Source: a virus. Taken from it: 31,340 nucleotides of DNA. The DNA lies in IMG/VR virus record IMGVR_UViG_3300025117_000025, one strand, 5' to 3'. The position numbers and the translations under genes are program-made. Shown here in pieces: positions 14,304 to 23,403 of the stretch. Position 1 is the stretch's first letter, and each line of letters starts with the position of its first letter. The notes under the pieces were generated by a model. It worked only from the letters and a program-made list of their open reading frames with translations. It did no database searches and was not told where the DNA came from.

Positions 14304-14602
14304 TGCTGCGACAGTGGGCAGTCAACGATAAGGCAATCCCCCCGACGCTCAACCGCGCCATGAACAAATGTAAACATTGTCAGCGTGAATTTAAAGTGAC
14401 CGGAAACGTAAACGCCGTGTGCTCGTACCACGCCGAGGCTCTCGAAAAATACGCCCGCGAGATCGGTGCCCCTCCCCCGGATTTAAAGCGTACCGCCCTG
14501 CGCTTGCACTATACTGCATACTTGGATGAGGACGCGCCCAGTCAGGATTTCGGCTACCTAAAGGACAAACAGGAAGCCAGGATAAGCGGAGAAAAAATAT
14601 AA
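14303..14602 (+). CDS. Hypothetical zinc-ribbon protein
   Basis: GGAGG SD. The ATG overlaps the TerL stop (TAATG). Motif CKHCQREF...C. Confidence 0.5.
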   Translation: MLRQWAVNDKAIPPTLNRAMNKCKHCQREFKVTGNVNAVCSYHAEALEKYAREIGAPPPDLKRTALRLHYTAYLDEDAPSQDFGYLKDKQEARISGEKI

Positions 14603-15657
14603 TGCCAGAATCAATCGGTATCGCCGACACAATCGCAACGCCCGCCTGGAAAGAATCTGATTATAAGGTCGTGAAAGGCCGAGAGGTATACGAGGAGGTA
14701 AGCCTCACCGGAATCAACCGCGCTGTGATCGACAGCCTGACTGCGTTCATTACCGGTGAAGCCGACATGAAGGAAACAGGCAGCCCGGCGTGGCCTGAGA
14801 TTCCGCCCGATAAGCTCGTGGAATATTTTCTCGTTGACGGCTCATTCGCGCTCCGGCTCATCAGCGAAAAGGAAATGGAAGCGGATGAAAAGCTGGACGA
14901 TAACTTTGAATTTTTAACCGACCTGATAGAAGTCCATCGCCGGTTAGTTACGCAGCAATTACGCGATCCGGACGATAAGCTCACGGACGTTACTCGCGTA
15001 TGGCAGCAGCAGAAGACTGACTGGCTTGTGCGCGATGTCAAAAATTACGGGTTAGACGGCGAACAGATACTGGAAACAAACCATTACCCGCTCGATGCTT
15101 TCCTGCCATATCCGAATGGCTTCGGCCTTCTTTACTGGAATCAATTCACATACCGCCGGATCGAGGAGATTGAACAGGGCATCAGGCAACAGACGGGCAA
15201 GGCCGCGCTGTCACTGATACTGACCGGCTACATGGGTGACATAAAGCAGGCACAGCAGGCGTTTGCGACCGGCAGCGAGATTGTCCACATCCCCGGTAAC
15301 CCGACGGTCACCCGCGTGGCTTCGACATCGACCGCTGACCAGCTTATGCGGAGCGGGGAAAGTTTGATGCTACGGTTTCTGAAGAACACGCATCAGGTCG
15401 AAATCAGTGAGACGGCTACACTGTCGGGCGTGGCGCGGCGGTTGGCAATGACGCCGATGCTGCATTTCATCCGCATGATTCAACGGCAAATCACAGCTAT
15501 ATATGCAACGCTTGGATACGAACTATCGTTGCGGGGCCTGAATATTATGACGCCGGAAGAGCGGTCAGCGGAGCTTGACTTCCTGAAGCGCGGTCGTGAC
15601 GAGGGGCACCTGGACGAGCAGGAATACCGTACAGGGGCAAAGGCATTATATAATTGA
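14602..15657 (+). CDS. Putative portal protein
   Basis: Synteny only (after TerL, before scaffold and capsid). 351 aa is small for a portal. Confidence 0.5.
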   Translation: MPESIGIADTIATPAWKESDYKVVKGREVYEEVSLTGINRAVIDSLTAFITGEADMKETGSPAWPEIPPDKLVEYFLVDGSFALRLISEKEMEADEKLDDNFEFLTDLIEVHRRLVTQQLRDPDDKLTDVTRVWQQQKTDWLVRDVKNYGLDGEQILETNHYPLDAFLPYPNGFGLLYWNQFTYRRIEEIEQGIRQQTGKAALSLILTGYMGDIKQAQQAFATGSEIVHIPGNPTVTRVASTSTADQLMRSGESLMLRFLKNTHQVEISETATLSGVARRLAMTPMLHFIRMIQRQITAIYATLGYELSLRGLNIMTPEERSAELDFLKRGRDEGHLDEQEYRTGAKALYN

Positions 15658-15688
15658 CAACTCATAAAAAGTGTGGTATACGAAAACC

Positions 15689-16222
15689 ATGACAGAAGAG
15701 ACACCGACACCAACCCCGACACCGCAACCTGCGCCAACTCCCGCGCCCGCCCCTGCGCCGCCTGTAGTAAGCGATGAAGCCCGAAAACAAGCCGGGTACT
15801 ATGCAAGGCACCCCGATGAATTCGAGGCCGTCCTGAGCGAACTGGAAGCGTCTGGGCAGGTGGCAATTCGCGCAGAGGTGAACAATCTTAGGCGCGAGAT
15901 AACGATCCGTGACGCGATTACCGATCACGGACTGACCCGCGCCGATGCGGATTTCATCCGAGGGAACACACCGGAAGAAATAAACGCGAGCGCGGCCAAA
16001 CTCAAAGCAAGGCTGGAAGCGGCCACGCCTTCACCGACACTGGGCGACAAACCTCCACTGGCAGCTCCGGCGGACGTCCCCACACCTAAACCTGCACCCA
16101 CTGAACCGCCGCCGCTACCGGAGCATCGCGGTGGGCGCACATCGATAGAGCAGGCGGAAGCCGATTTACTCGAAGCCTGTGCGAATACAAATTGGACTGA
16201 ATTGCTCAATCCAAGACGTTAA
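15689..16222 (+). CDS. Putative scaffolding protein
   Basis: Position before the capsid gene. It has an N-terminal PT/PA-rich linker followed by a helical, charged segment (AIRAEVNNLRREITIRDAI...AAKLKARLEAA). Confidence 0.55.
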   Translation: MTEETPTPTPTPQPAPTPAPAPAPPVVSDEARKQAGYYARHPDEFEAVLSELEASGQVAIRAEVNNLRREITIRDAITDHGLTRADADFIRGNTPEEINASAAKLKARLEAATPSPTLGDKPPLAAPADVPTPKPAPTEPPPLPEHRGGRTSIEQAEADLLEACANTNWTELLNPRR

Positions 16223-16351
16223 ACGCTGCCGACTTGCGCCAATAGTCGAGAAGCAGCCGCCCTGATGCTGGGCGAGACCTCTTACCGGCCATGTGCCGAG
16301 ACGAACCCCGTAAACGCGGGAGAAAAATAATCCCCTAAGAGGTCAAATATC

Positions 16352-17212
16352 ATGGCATTCGCAATGCCCATCGCTTATAGCCGATTAACGCATCAAAAGA
16401 TCATCGGCTCGAAAGGATTCGTGAATTCATTCGCGAATAACGTTGTAGTCCCCGACGGGCCGCACACCGGCAATGTGACCTGTACAGTCCTGAGTGCCGC
16501 GACACCTACTACCATCGCCGAGGGTACAGGCGTTACCAACGCAGCCGTGACGGTTGCGACCGCTCTCACGTTCGTCGATGGTCAGGTGACAATGACCCTG
16601 AAGCCTTCAGAGTCAAAATCGTTTTTCACTAAGCCGGAAAACATCGTGCGGATTTCGGAGAACCATGCCGATGCGTTTGTATACGGCGCGACTGGCAGCA
16701 TGATCGCCGACATGTACGCCGCGACACCGGGCTTGTCCAAAACACTCCCGGACGGACAGGGCAACTTCTACGCCGACGGCACGGCAGCCGAGGCACATTT
16801 AAACTGGCAGGCGTTCATGGCTCTCGTTGCCTATTGCATGAGCCTGCAACAGACCGCCAAAGCCGAGGACTTCGGAATCATCGCCCACTATCTGACTTTC
16901 GGTAACATGATTACCCTGCGGTCGGATTCATACAAGGCTATCTATGACAGCTCGACAAGCATCTGGCGGTTCCTCGGAATCCCCATTTACTCAACGGCCT
17001 ACTCAACCAACTTCGGGGCAGCCTCCAGACCTGCCGCCTTCGTCTATCACAAGGACGCTGGCGCTATTGTCTGGGATGAGCCGCAGCTAATGGGCGACGG
17101 CCCGATGTGGCATTGGGATGCCTGCTTAAAGTGGACAACCATTTGCCCCTATGGGCATGCGCTGCATAACGCCGCGCTACTTGGCGAACTTCTCAACCTC
17201 GCCGCTCTCTAA
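16352..17212 (+). CDS. Putative major capsid protein
   Basis: Synteny and size (286 aa), with a strong hairpin directly downstream. No motif was verified. Confidence 0.55.
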   Translation: MAFAMPIAYSRLTHQKIIGSKGFVNSFANNVVVPDGPHTGNVTCTVLSAATPTTIAEGTGVTNAAVTVATALTFVDGQVTMTLKPSESKSFFTKPENIVRISENHADAFVYGATGSMIADMYAATPGLSKTLPDGQGNFYADGTAAEAHLNWQAFMALVAYCMSLQQTAKAEDFGIIAHYLTFGNMITLRSDSYKAIYDSSTSIWRFLGIPIYSTAYSTNFGAASRPAAFVYHKDAGAIVWDEPQLMGDGPMWHWDACLKWTTICPYGHALHNAALLGELLNLAAL

Positions 17213-17262
17213 GTCGTAACGGTTAAAGTGTTCGTGTCTTCGTGTCTTCTGTACATAACGCG

Positions 17263-17292
17263 GGGGGAGGGGACAATTATGGCCCCTCCCCC
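17263..17292 (+). terminator. GC-rich stem-loop after the capsid gene (possible attenuator)
   Basis: GGGGGAGGGG (17263-72) pairs with CCCCTCCCCC (17283-92) around a 10-nt loop. The downstream sequence GUUUCAAUU is only partly U-rich. Confidence 0.35.
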
Positions 17293-17303
17293 AGGTTTCA
17301 ATT

Positions 17304-18158
17304 ATGGCAGACTATCCGCGCATCGTAAGAGGCTATTACTACATGGCAGATATGCACCCCGGCCTGTATGTGATCGAAACCGGCGGGCGCGGCACTCCCG
17401 GCGATGGTGACGTGATCCGTGAAGCGGACGGTAGGCCAAAATTTATGTGCCTGGATGACGCGCAGAAACAACTCAAGGGCGAGTATGCCGCCATAAAGGA
17501 AGCCCTGTCTACTGATATTTTTAATCACCTCGACGAACTGACACTCACGGATCGTATTCAGATTGTGGCTCCGGGCATTAACGGTAAAAACTACTACAAC
17601 CAGCTTGACCCTGAATGCTTCACCATCATCGTCAACAAGGCGTGCGAAATCCCCGGCATACGCCGTGACTTATGGATGGTGGCAGACCCGACACCGTATT
17701 ATGCGAAAGTACGCGGATACCTTGACTGGTTTGGCGAGGGGCTTAAAACGTGTGAATCAATCGGTTGCTTTAACAGCCTGACCATGCTGGAATATTTCGA
17801 CAAAGTTAAGTATACGCATGAGTGGGCTGGGGAAATATTCGATGATTTTATTGACCCGATAAAGAACCGCATACGGGGCGGCCTCACGATAAGCGGCATG
17901 GCCGTGCAAATGGCATACTGGCTCGGTGCAAAAGAGATCGTCCTTTGCGGCGTGGACTTATCGGGCATGTATTATTTCGACGGGAGCGAGCGGGGCACGG
18001 CGGCGCAACATCACACCGCTTGGGTACGCGTGCTGCCCTTATTCCAGCAGCTTGTCGAGTGGGTACAGGCTCGCGGCGTCAAAGTTTATTCATTGTCGGA
18101 AACCGCATTAAACCTTGAGAGGATACCAACATGGCAGCAGGAAGTTACACGGTCGTAA
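17304..18158 (+). CDS. DUF115 (Maf/MptE-like) / GT42-like putative glycosyltransferase
   Basis: IQIVAPGINGKNYY, IIVNKACEIPGIRRDLWMVADP and GGLTISGMAVQMAYWLGAKEIVLCGVDLSG resemble the SG..A..LG.KEI.L.G(I/V)D(F/L) signature from memory. No profile search was run. Confidence 0.5.
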   Translation: MADYPRIVRGYYYMADMHPGLYVIETGGRGTPGDGDVIREADGRPKFMCLDDAQKQLKGEYAAIKEALSTDIFNHLDELTLTDRIQIVAPGINGKNYYNQLDPECFTIIVNKACEIPGIRRDLWMVADPTPYYAKVRGYLDWFGEGLKTCESIGCFNSLTMLEYFDKVKYTHEWAGEIFDDFIDPIKNRIRGGLTISGMAVQMAYWLGAKEIVLCGVDLSGMYYFDGSERGTAAQHHTAWVRVLPLFQQLVEWVQARGVKVYSLSETALNLERIPTWQQEVTRS

Positions 18159-18640
18159 CGGTTACGGATCACGTCCGGTTGGCAATCGATATGCGGGGTA
18201 CGGATGCCTGGCTTACGGATACCGAAATAAACGGTTTTATTTATGAAAATATAACGTCAACGCGAGGGGATTTCAGTTTTCAACTCGTAACGTCAGCTAC
18301 AACCGGGCCGTCCGGATTGTACAAATGCTTTCACGGTTATTCATACGGCCTTTATTTGTGGGGGCCGACGATGACCTGCGAAGCTGATTGCGTTTATGTT
18401 CTGAACAGCAAAGGGGCGATCACGGTAACGAGCGGGACGCCGACGGCGACGGCGATAACCGTTACGGGCGCGGTCGTTGATTTCAGCAATGTCATGGTGC
18501 AACTGTTGCACTGGCTGGCGACGCACCGGGCGAAAGAAATCAGCGCAAGCGCGGGGGGCGGGTCGGTAAACTCTCAGGGCATACACGCGCAGTTGCTTGA
18601 AATGGCGGATTACTGGACGGGGATACGACAGATAGCATAA
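18131..18640 (+). CDS. Putative head-tail connector (gp6-like)
   Basis: Position, plus the N-terminal VTDHVRLAIDMRGTDAWLTDTEINGFI pattern typical of head-tail connector proteins. Confidence 0.45.
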   Translation: MAAGSYTVVTVTDHVRLAIDMRGTDAWLTDTEINGFIYENITSTRGDFSFQLVTSATTGPSGLYKCFHGYSYGLYLWGPTMTCEADCVYVLNSKGAITVTSGTPTATAITVTGAVVDFSNVMVQLLHWLATHRAKEISASAGGGSVNSQGIHAQLLEMADYWTGIRQIA

Positions 18641-19245
18641 TGCCGCGAGAACAGAAAATAGTTTTAAAGGGCTGGGATCGTCCTCTGGTTGTGGATTGGG
18701 ACTTCCAGACGGGATTGCTCAGGCTTGAAATTCAGCGACTGGCACCAGGGCGTGGTAGCGGTAACTTAAAAGAAGCGTTTGAGCACTCCGATACGGCGGT
18801 CATAAACGAGGAAGGGAATGTAATCGATATCACCGTGGGGAAGCAACATAAGGCGTGGCCTTATGCGAAAATTCAGGAACACGGAGGAACCATACCGGCA
18901 TTCGATATCAGGAAGGCGCAACGTGCTTTTAAAAGTACATATCTGGCAATGGTACGCGGACGCAAAATCAGCGCGGGGCGATACGGCAGATGGTTCCGGC
19001 GGTCGTCCGTCGGCGGATATAAACCAGTTATGGTTGCATGGATCGGCGGCATGAAAAGATTCTTTACCAAGCGCGGCCCGATTGTAATCTTGGGTTCGCA
19101 TTACGTCGAGCGGGGCGTCCATAACTGGTGGCGCAAATTGTGCGGGGCATCAAGTGGCGTCGGTGGCGGTGCTCCGGTAGGCGGGGCAACGCGGACGGTC
19201 TTCTGGTCTAAGGAACATTACAGCCGGGGGATAGATAAAAGATGA
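18640..19245 (+). CDS. HK97 gp10-like head-tail joining protein, paralog 1
   Basis: WPYAKIQEHGGTIPA parallels LPYARIQDLGGTIH in the next gene. Confidence 0.45.
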   Translation: MPREQKIVLKGWDRPLVVDWDFQTGLLRLEIQRLAPGRGSGNLKEAFEHSDTAVINEEGNVIDITVGKQHKAWPYAKIQEHGGTIPAFDIRKAQRAFKSTYLAMVRGRKISAGRYGRWFRRSSVGGYKPVMVAWIGGMKRFFTKRGPIVILGSHYVERGVHNWWRKLCGASSGVGGGAPVGGATRTVFWSKEHYSRGIDKR

Positions 19246-19823
19246 GCAAACTTTCCGACATCATGGCTGCTACCGGCATGACCCGCGAACAGATACGCAG
19301 GGCGGTTGCGACAGGCTACGGGAGATTCAACCCTGACACATACGCACGTCTTAAATCCGAAGCCGACACCCGCCTTGCTAATTTATTCCAGGCGATGACT
19401 GAGCGGAGCCGTGGCTTAATCGCGCCGCTTGAAACGCAAGAGGACGCGGACAAACTTCGACACTTAATCCAAGACTTTGCGCCGGTCGATACGGGCGCAC
19501 TCAGGGATAGCTTCGACGATCCGCGCACGGTCGTTGTACAACCGGACGGGAATGTGATGATCGACTTCTCCCTGCCCTATGCGCGTATTCAGGACTTGGG
19601 CGGCACGATCCATCGGACGAGCAGCACCGGAAAATCTTACACGATCCGCATACCGGCGCAGCATTACGTCCAAAAGGCTGTGACCGCGTACAATGCGTCT
19701 AGAGACGCGGAGGATGTTCCTCTGCAAGTTATATCGGAAGGCGACATAGGTATCGGCATAGCTGGCCTGATAGCGCGTGGCATGGCTTTCATACGGTCGG
19801 TGAACCCGATAGGAGCGGCATAA
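19242..19823 (+). CDS. HK97 gp10-family head-tail joining protein, paralog 2
   Basis: APVDTGALRDSF is the hallmark DTG.LR.S motif, plus PYARIQDLGG. Confidence 0.6.
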   Translation: MSKLSDIMAATGMTREQIRRAVATGYGRFNPDTYARLKSEADTRLANLFQAMTERSRGLIAPLETQEDADKLRHLIQDFAPVDTGALRDSFDDPRTVVVQPDGNVMIDFSLPYARIQDLGGTIHRTSSTGKSYTIRIPAQHYVQKAVTAYNASRDAEDVPLQVISEGDIGIGIAGLIARGMAFIRSVNPIGAA

Positions 19824-20233
19824 TGGCAAGCGTACTATCGGCAATACAGACGCAACTTGTGACCGACGTCGAAACCACGTCGATTAATAAATGCTATGTC
19901 GGCAAGGCGTCGGATACCACGGTCGAAACGCCGTGGTGCGAAATGTACATTGTCAGCGGCAGCCAGTCCTATGACATGACCAGCGTGATAGACCGGGACA
20001 TGACGGTTATTCTGAATATACATGGGAAGTCACAGGAGCAGGTTGAGTTGGCCTCCGAGGAACTAATGAAGCTCTGGCGGAGCGCGGCATTACTCGCGGC
20101 ATTACGCGCCCTGAGCGTCCTGCATATTTATTGCGTGTCGGATTCCCCGGCAATCGTCTATTCCAATTCAGCGACGCAACAGCCGATCATGGCGGATATC
20201 GAATTCGCGATGACCGTTCGGTATACAGCATAA
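19823..20233 (+). CDS. Putative tail terminator / tail completion protein
   Basis: Synteny (immediately before the tail tube gene) and size of 136 aa. Confidence 0.4.
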   Translation: MASVLSAIQTQLVTDVETTSINKCYVGKASDTTVETPWCEMYIVSGSQSYDMTSVIDRDMTVILNIHGKSQEQVELASEELMKLWRSAALLAALRALSVLHIYCVSDSPAIVYSNSATQQPIMADIEFAMTVRYTA

Positions 20234-20246
20234 GGAGAAAATTACA

Positions 20247-21161
20247 ATGGCAGCACCACACGTTGTTCAATTATCGGAGATCGGATTCAACAGCAAGACC
20301 CGGACGGTCAAGGCCTTGAACCTACAGGTGGCGGATGCGATCATGTACGATGACACCGCGCAATATCCGCTTAATGCGAGGCAGGCAGCGCAGGCGGGGC
20401 CGAAGTTCGCTCGGATGAGTTTCATAACGGAAATGAATCCGTCGGGATCATCCGGGGGCGCGAAGACACCGCCTGATGCGCTTCTGTTGAAGGCATGCGG
20501 AATAAAGGAAACCGTCGCCACGACCGTTAGCACGACCTATGACATCGATGGGGCGATAGCCGTAAACCAGACTGCTGTTGCGCTGATTTCAAAGCACGGT
20601 AGCGGCACCGGCTATTATCAGCTTTGCAGTAATGCCGTCGGGAACCTGACAATATCCGGGACACCGAATACCCCGCTGATATGCGCGTGGAATTTCGACG
20701 GGACTTACACCGCGCCCACGGAAGCGGACTTGACGGACGCGATAGATAACGGCGGCTTGGCTCCGATGTGCATCGGTACGATTACGCTTAACACCGACGC
20801 GCTCGTTATGAAGTCATTTTCCATCGCTTTGAATAACGCAAATAACGCGCCAAATCTGAATATGGCGGGCGCGAATGGGGTAAGCAATCCGGTGCTCGTT
20901 AACCAGGCTCCGACGTTTGAAACGGTCGTGGAACTTCCGGCCATGTCAACAGCAAACTACTGGACGGACTTAACGAGCCACACCATAACGCCGTTCTCGT
21001 TTGCGATAGGCACCGGCGCGGGCTATGTGATCACGATCACCGGCAAGGGCTACCTCATGGCATCCCAGCAGCTTCAGAGCCTTAACGGTGTCCTCGGAGC
21101 GCGGCTCTCATACCGCATGGATTGGGCGAGCGGCTCCCCGATATCGATTGCCTTTACTTAA
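20247..21161 (+). CDS. Putative major tail (tube) protein
   Basis: AAGGAG SD. Position directly upstream of the chaperone and tape measure genes. Confidence 0.55.
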   Translation: MAAPHVVQLSEIGFNSKTRTVKALNLQVADAIMYDDTAQYPLNARQAAQAGPKFARMSFITEMNPSGSSGGAKTPPDALLLKACGIKETVATTVSTTYDIDGAIAVNQTAVALISKHGSGTGYYQLCSNAVGNLTISGTPNTPLICAWNFDGTYTAPTEADLTDAIDNGGLAPMCIGTITLNTDALVMKSFSIALNNANNAPNLNMAGANGVSNPVLVNQAPTFETVVELPAMSTANYWTDLTSHTITPFSFAIGTGAGYVITITGKGYLMASQQLQSLNGVLGARLSYRMDWASGSPISIAFT

Positions 21162-21185
21162 ACCACATAAACACAGGAGACACAC

Positions 21186-21719
21186 ATGAAAGCATTGCCA
21201 GTAAGATTTCAGAAGCAAGAGCACACGTTTGAGGACGTTCGGTACACGATCCAACCGCTCACGAATCAACTCCGGGCGCATATCCAGACCGAGAACCTTG
21301 AACGAATCGGGACGGATGACCGGGGCTTTCCGATCCTCGGCACCAACAAGGGCGGCATCATTTACGATGTGATAGGTTTTTCCCTCATTGAACTTTCGGG
21401 ACTCGAAGGACTCGAAGTTGAATACGAGGATGTCAATATTGGGAAAAACATCTATACCCGCGTGAAGGATTACTGCCTCGATTTATTTCCAATGACTCTG
21501 TTTGACGATATCAAGATTAAGGCCACAACCGCCAGCATAATCACCGAGGAGGAAACCGAGGAAATGGGTTTTACGCCGGACTCGTCTACGGAGACTTCAC
21601 CTGCACCGGAGACGAGCGGTACTGTGGCTGCCGAACCGGAATTGAAGTCGGATTTACCATTACCGACAACGGATGTCGAAACCCAACCGTTATCAGGGGA
21701 TGCGTCTGGAAGCGAATAA
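21186..21719 (+). CDS. Tail assembly chaperone (G-like)
   Basis: AGGAG SD, position before the tape measure gene, acidic C-terminus, and a -1 frame that is open from 21521 onward. Confidence 0.55.
   Translation: MKALPVRFQKQEHTFEDVRYTIQPLTNQLRAHIQTENLERIGTDDRGFPILGTNKGGIIYDVIGFSLIELSGLEGLEVEYEDVNIGKNIYTRVKDYCLDLFPMTLFDDIKIKATTASIITEEETEEMGFTPDSSTETSPAPETSGTVAAEPELKSDLPLPTTDVETQPLSGDASGSE
21566..21572 (+). promoter_or_regulatory. Candidate -1 programmed frameshift heptamer G GGT TTT
   Basis: Fits X XXY YYZ in the zero frame (atG GGT TTT). The -1 frame then stays open to TGA at 21890-92. Confidence 0.35.
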
Positions 21720-21727
21720 GCCCGTTC

Positions 21728-21892
21728 ATGCGGTATCTCGCGGAGCTTTATCAGGCGTACAAGGACGGGCATTTACTGGAGCGGGGGAGTTGGGGCGAAC
21801 AGCCGGCATGGTATACGGATGCGATGAGTTTGATGTCAAATGAGATGAACTCAGCCGAAGCCGACAGAATGAAGAGGATGCAAAATACATGA
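21728..21892 (+). CDS. T-like extension of the chaperone (G-T fusion) or stand-alone 54-aa ORF
   Basis: It is in the -1 frame relative to 21186..21719, reads MRYLAELYQAYKDGHLLERGSWGEQPAWYTDAMSLMSNEMNSAEADRMKRMQNT, and its stop overlaps the tape measure ATG (ATGA). Confidence 0.4.
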   Translation: MRYLAELYQAYKDGHLLERGSWGEQPAWYTDAMSLMSNEMNSAEADRMKRMQNT

Positions 21893-23403
21893 CTTACGGC
21901 GATCCGACATTACATACCAAAGTAGTCATCGACGGCACCGAGGAAGTCAACGAGCAGCTCGCGGGCGTCCAGAAAAAGGGCGAGGAAGCCGCCGCTAAAG
22001 TTGACGACGCTTTTCAGAAGTCCTCGCAGTCGTTATTACAACTATCGGAAAAGGCCGGTCGGTTCGGAAGCATCTGGACGCATAACGTGACCATGCCGAT
22101 AATCGCGCTTGGCACGGCGGCGGTTGCGATGAGCGCGGACGTGTTGAAGGGCGAGGAAAGCGTTGCGAAACTCACGGACGCGTGGAAGGGATTAAAGAGC
22201 GATGTGGCGACGGCGATAGTGCCGACGATAAACGCGCTGATAACGGATACGCTGATTCCGCTGGTTGATACGCTGGGGGACTTGGTAACAAAATGGGGCG
22301 AACAAAGTGAGGCAGCGAAAAATTCACAATTAGCCATTCTCGGATTAGTAGCCATCGTCGGCCCGGTTACAACGGCGGCAGCTAATATCGGGAAGGCAAT
22401 CGGACTTTTAAAACTCGCCTTTATCGCATTGAAAACAGAAGCAGCGGCTGCATGGCTCGCCGTTGCAGGGCCGGTTGGAATAGTCGTTGGTGCTGCTGCG
22501 CTTACATATTATGGTGTAAGCGAGATCGCTAAGGCTACTGGAATCGATGAAGGAACCAATAGGTATAGGTCACCAGAACATACGGATTATGGTGATTTAA
22601 TTCAGCGCGGCGGCCCTTATTTTGATATCGGTGCAGTTGAAGAGCGGGAACGCGATGCTATATGGGCAATGATGAAGGATAAAGAGCGCAGAGATGCATT
22701 AGCTGCTTTAGGCGGCGGCGGAGGCGGGACAGTTCCCAAAGAAGAAATCAAAGAAGTGTTCAATATCTGGAACAACGCTATAACCGATGCCTTGATTGTT
22801 CGCATGTGGAATAATCTATACGATGCTGCCGGGAATCTCAGGGCTGAGGGCGGGGTTTTTGGCGCGGACATACCGTTTAATCAGCCTGAAGGAATATCGC
22901 CTTTTGCCGGTGTAGCTCCCTCTTCATGGAGTATGCCACGTCTTGGTAGCGCGGGACTTTATGGCGGCCTTAATCTTTCAGGTGCCGCAGCCGCGAAGCG
23001 CGGTGCCGGGAAGCCCGGTACGAAAGGATATAAAGCGGACGGCGGGGATTCCTGGTACGACGCCCTCATGTCCAATGACTTCCTGATGAACGCAGGCGCG
23101 CAGGTAGCGGGAACTTTGGCAGGCGGCGGTAAATTTGGCCTTGCCGAAGCGCTGCCCCTTATCGGTTCTGCCTTTGGAGCACCCGGTGCTGCTATCGGCG
23201 CGTTGCTTGGCGGATTATTCCAGAAGAAACAGCGCGGCGACACTCCGCAAAATCCGGTACACGTCAAGGTGATCAATCCCGGCGATCTCGCAACCGCGCT
23301 GTCGAACGCCGTTAAGAGCCTCATCGCACAGGTGGGCGCGGTAGGGATGGATGATCTCGTTGAGCAAGTCCGCAAGCAGGGGCAGTTAAAGGGGTACAGC
23401 TAA
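21889..23403 (+). CDS. Tape measure protein
   Basis: 504 aa with helical N-terminal and hydrophobic central segments, Gly-rich stretches, and position after the chaperone pair. Confidence 0.8.
   Translation: MTYGDPTLHTKVVIDGTEEVNEQLAGVQKKGEEAAAKVDDAFQKSSQSLLQLSEKAGRFGSIWTHNVTMPIIALGTAAVAMSADVLKGEESVAKLTDAWKGLKSDVATAIVPTINALITDTLIPLVDTLGDLVTKWGEQSEAAKNSQLAILGLVAIVGPVTTAAANIGKAIGLLKLAFIALKTEAAAAWLAVAGPVGIVVGAAALTYYGVSEIAKATGIDEGTNRYRSPEHTDYGDLIQRGGPYFDIGAVEERERDAIWAMMKDKERRDALAALGGGGGGTVPKEEIKEVFNIWNNAITDALIVRMWNNLYDAAGNLRAEGGVFGADIPFNQPEGISPFAGVAPSSWSMPRLGSAGLYGGLNLSGAAAAKRGAGKPGTKGYKADGGDSWYDALMSNDFLMNAGAQVAGTLAGGGKFGLAEALPLIGSAFGAPGAAIGALLGGLFQKKQRGDTPQNPVHVKVINPGDLATALSNAVKSLIAQVGAVGMDDLVEQVRKQGQLKGYS

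Noticed and set aside
15654-15682. TTGACA-17-TATACG promoter-like element at the portal stop
   Set aside because: The -10 is poor, it lies inside a tightly packed operon, and an internal promoter is not needed. This is too weak to list as a feature.
15700-15775. Repetitive CC(A/G)ACACC / CCNGCNCC DNA at the start of the scaffold gene
   Set aside because: It is in-frame and encodes a TPTPTPTPQPAPTPAPAPAPP linker. That is protein-level low complexity, not a DNA element.
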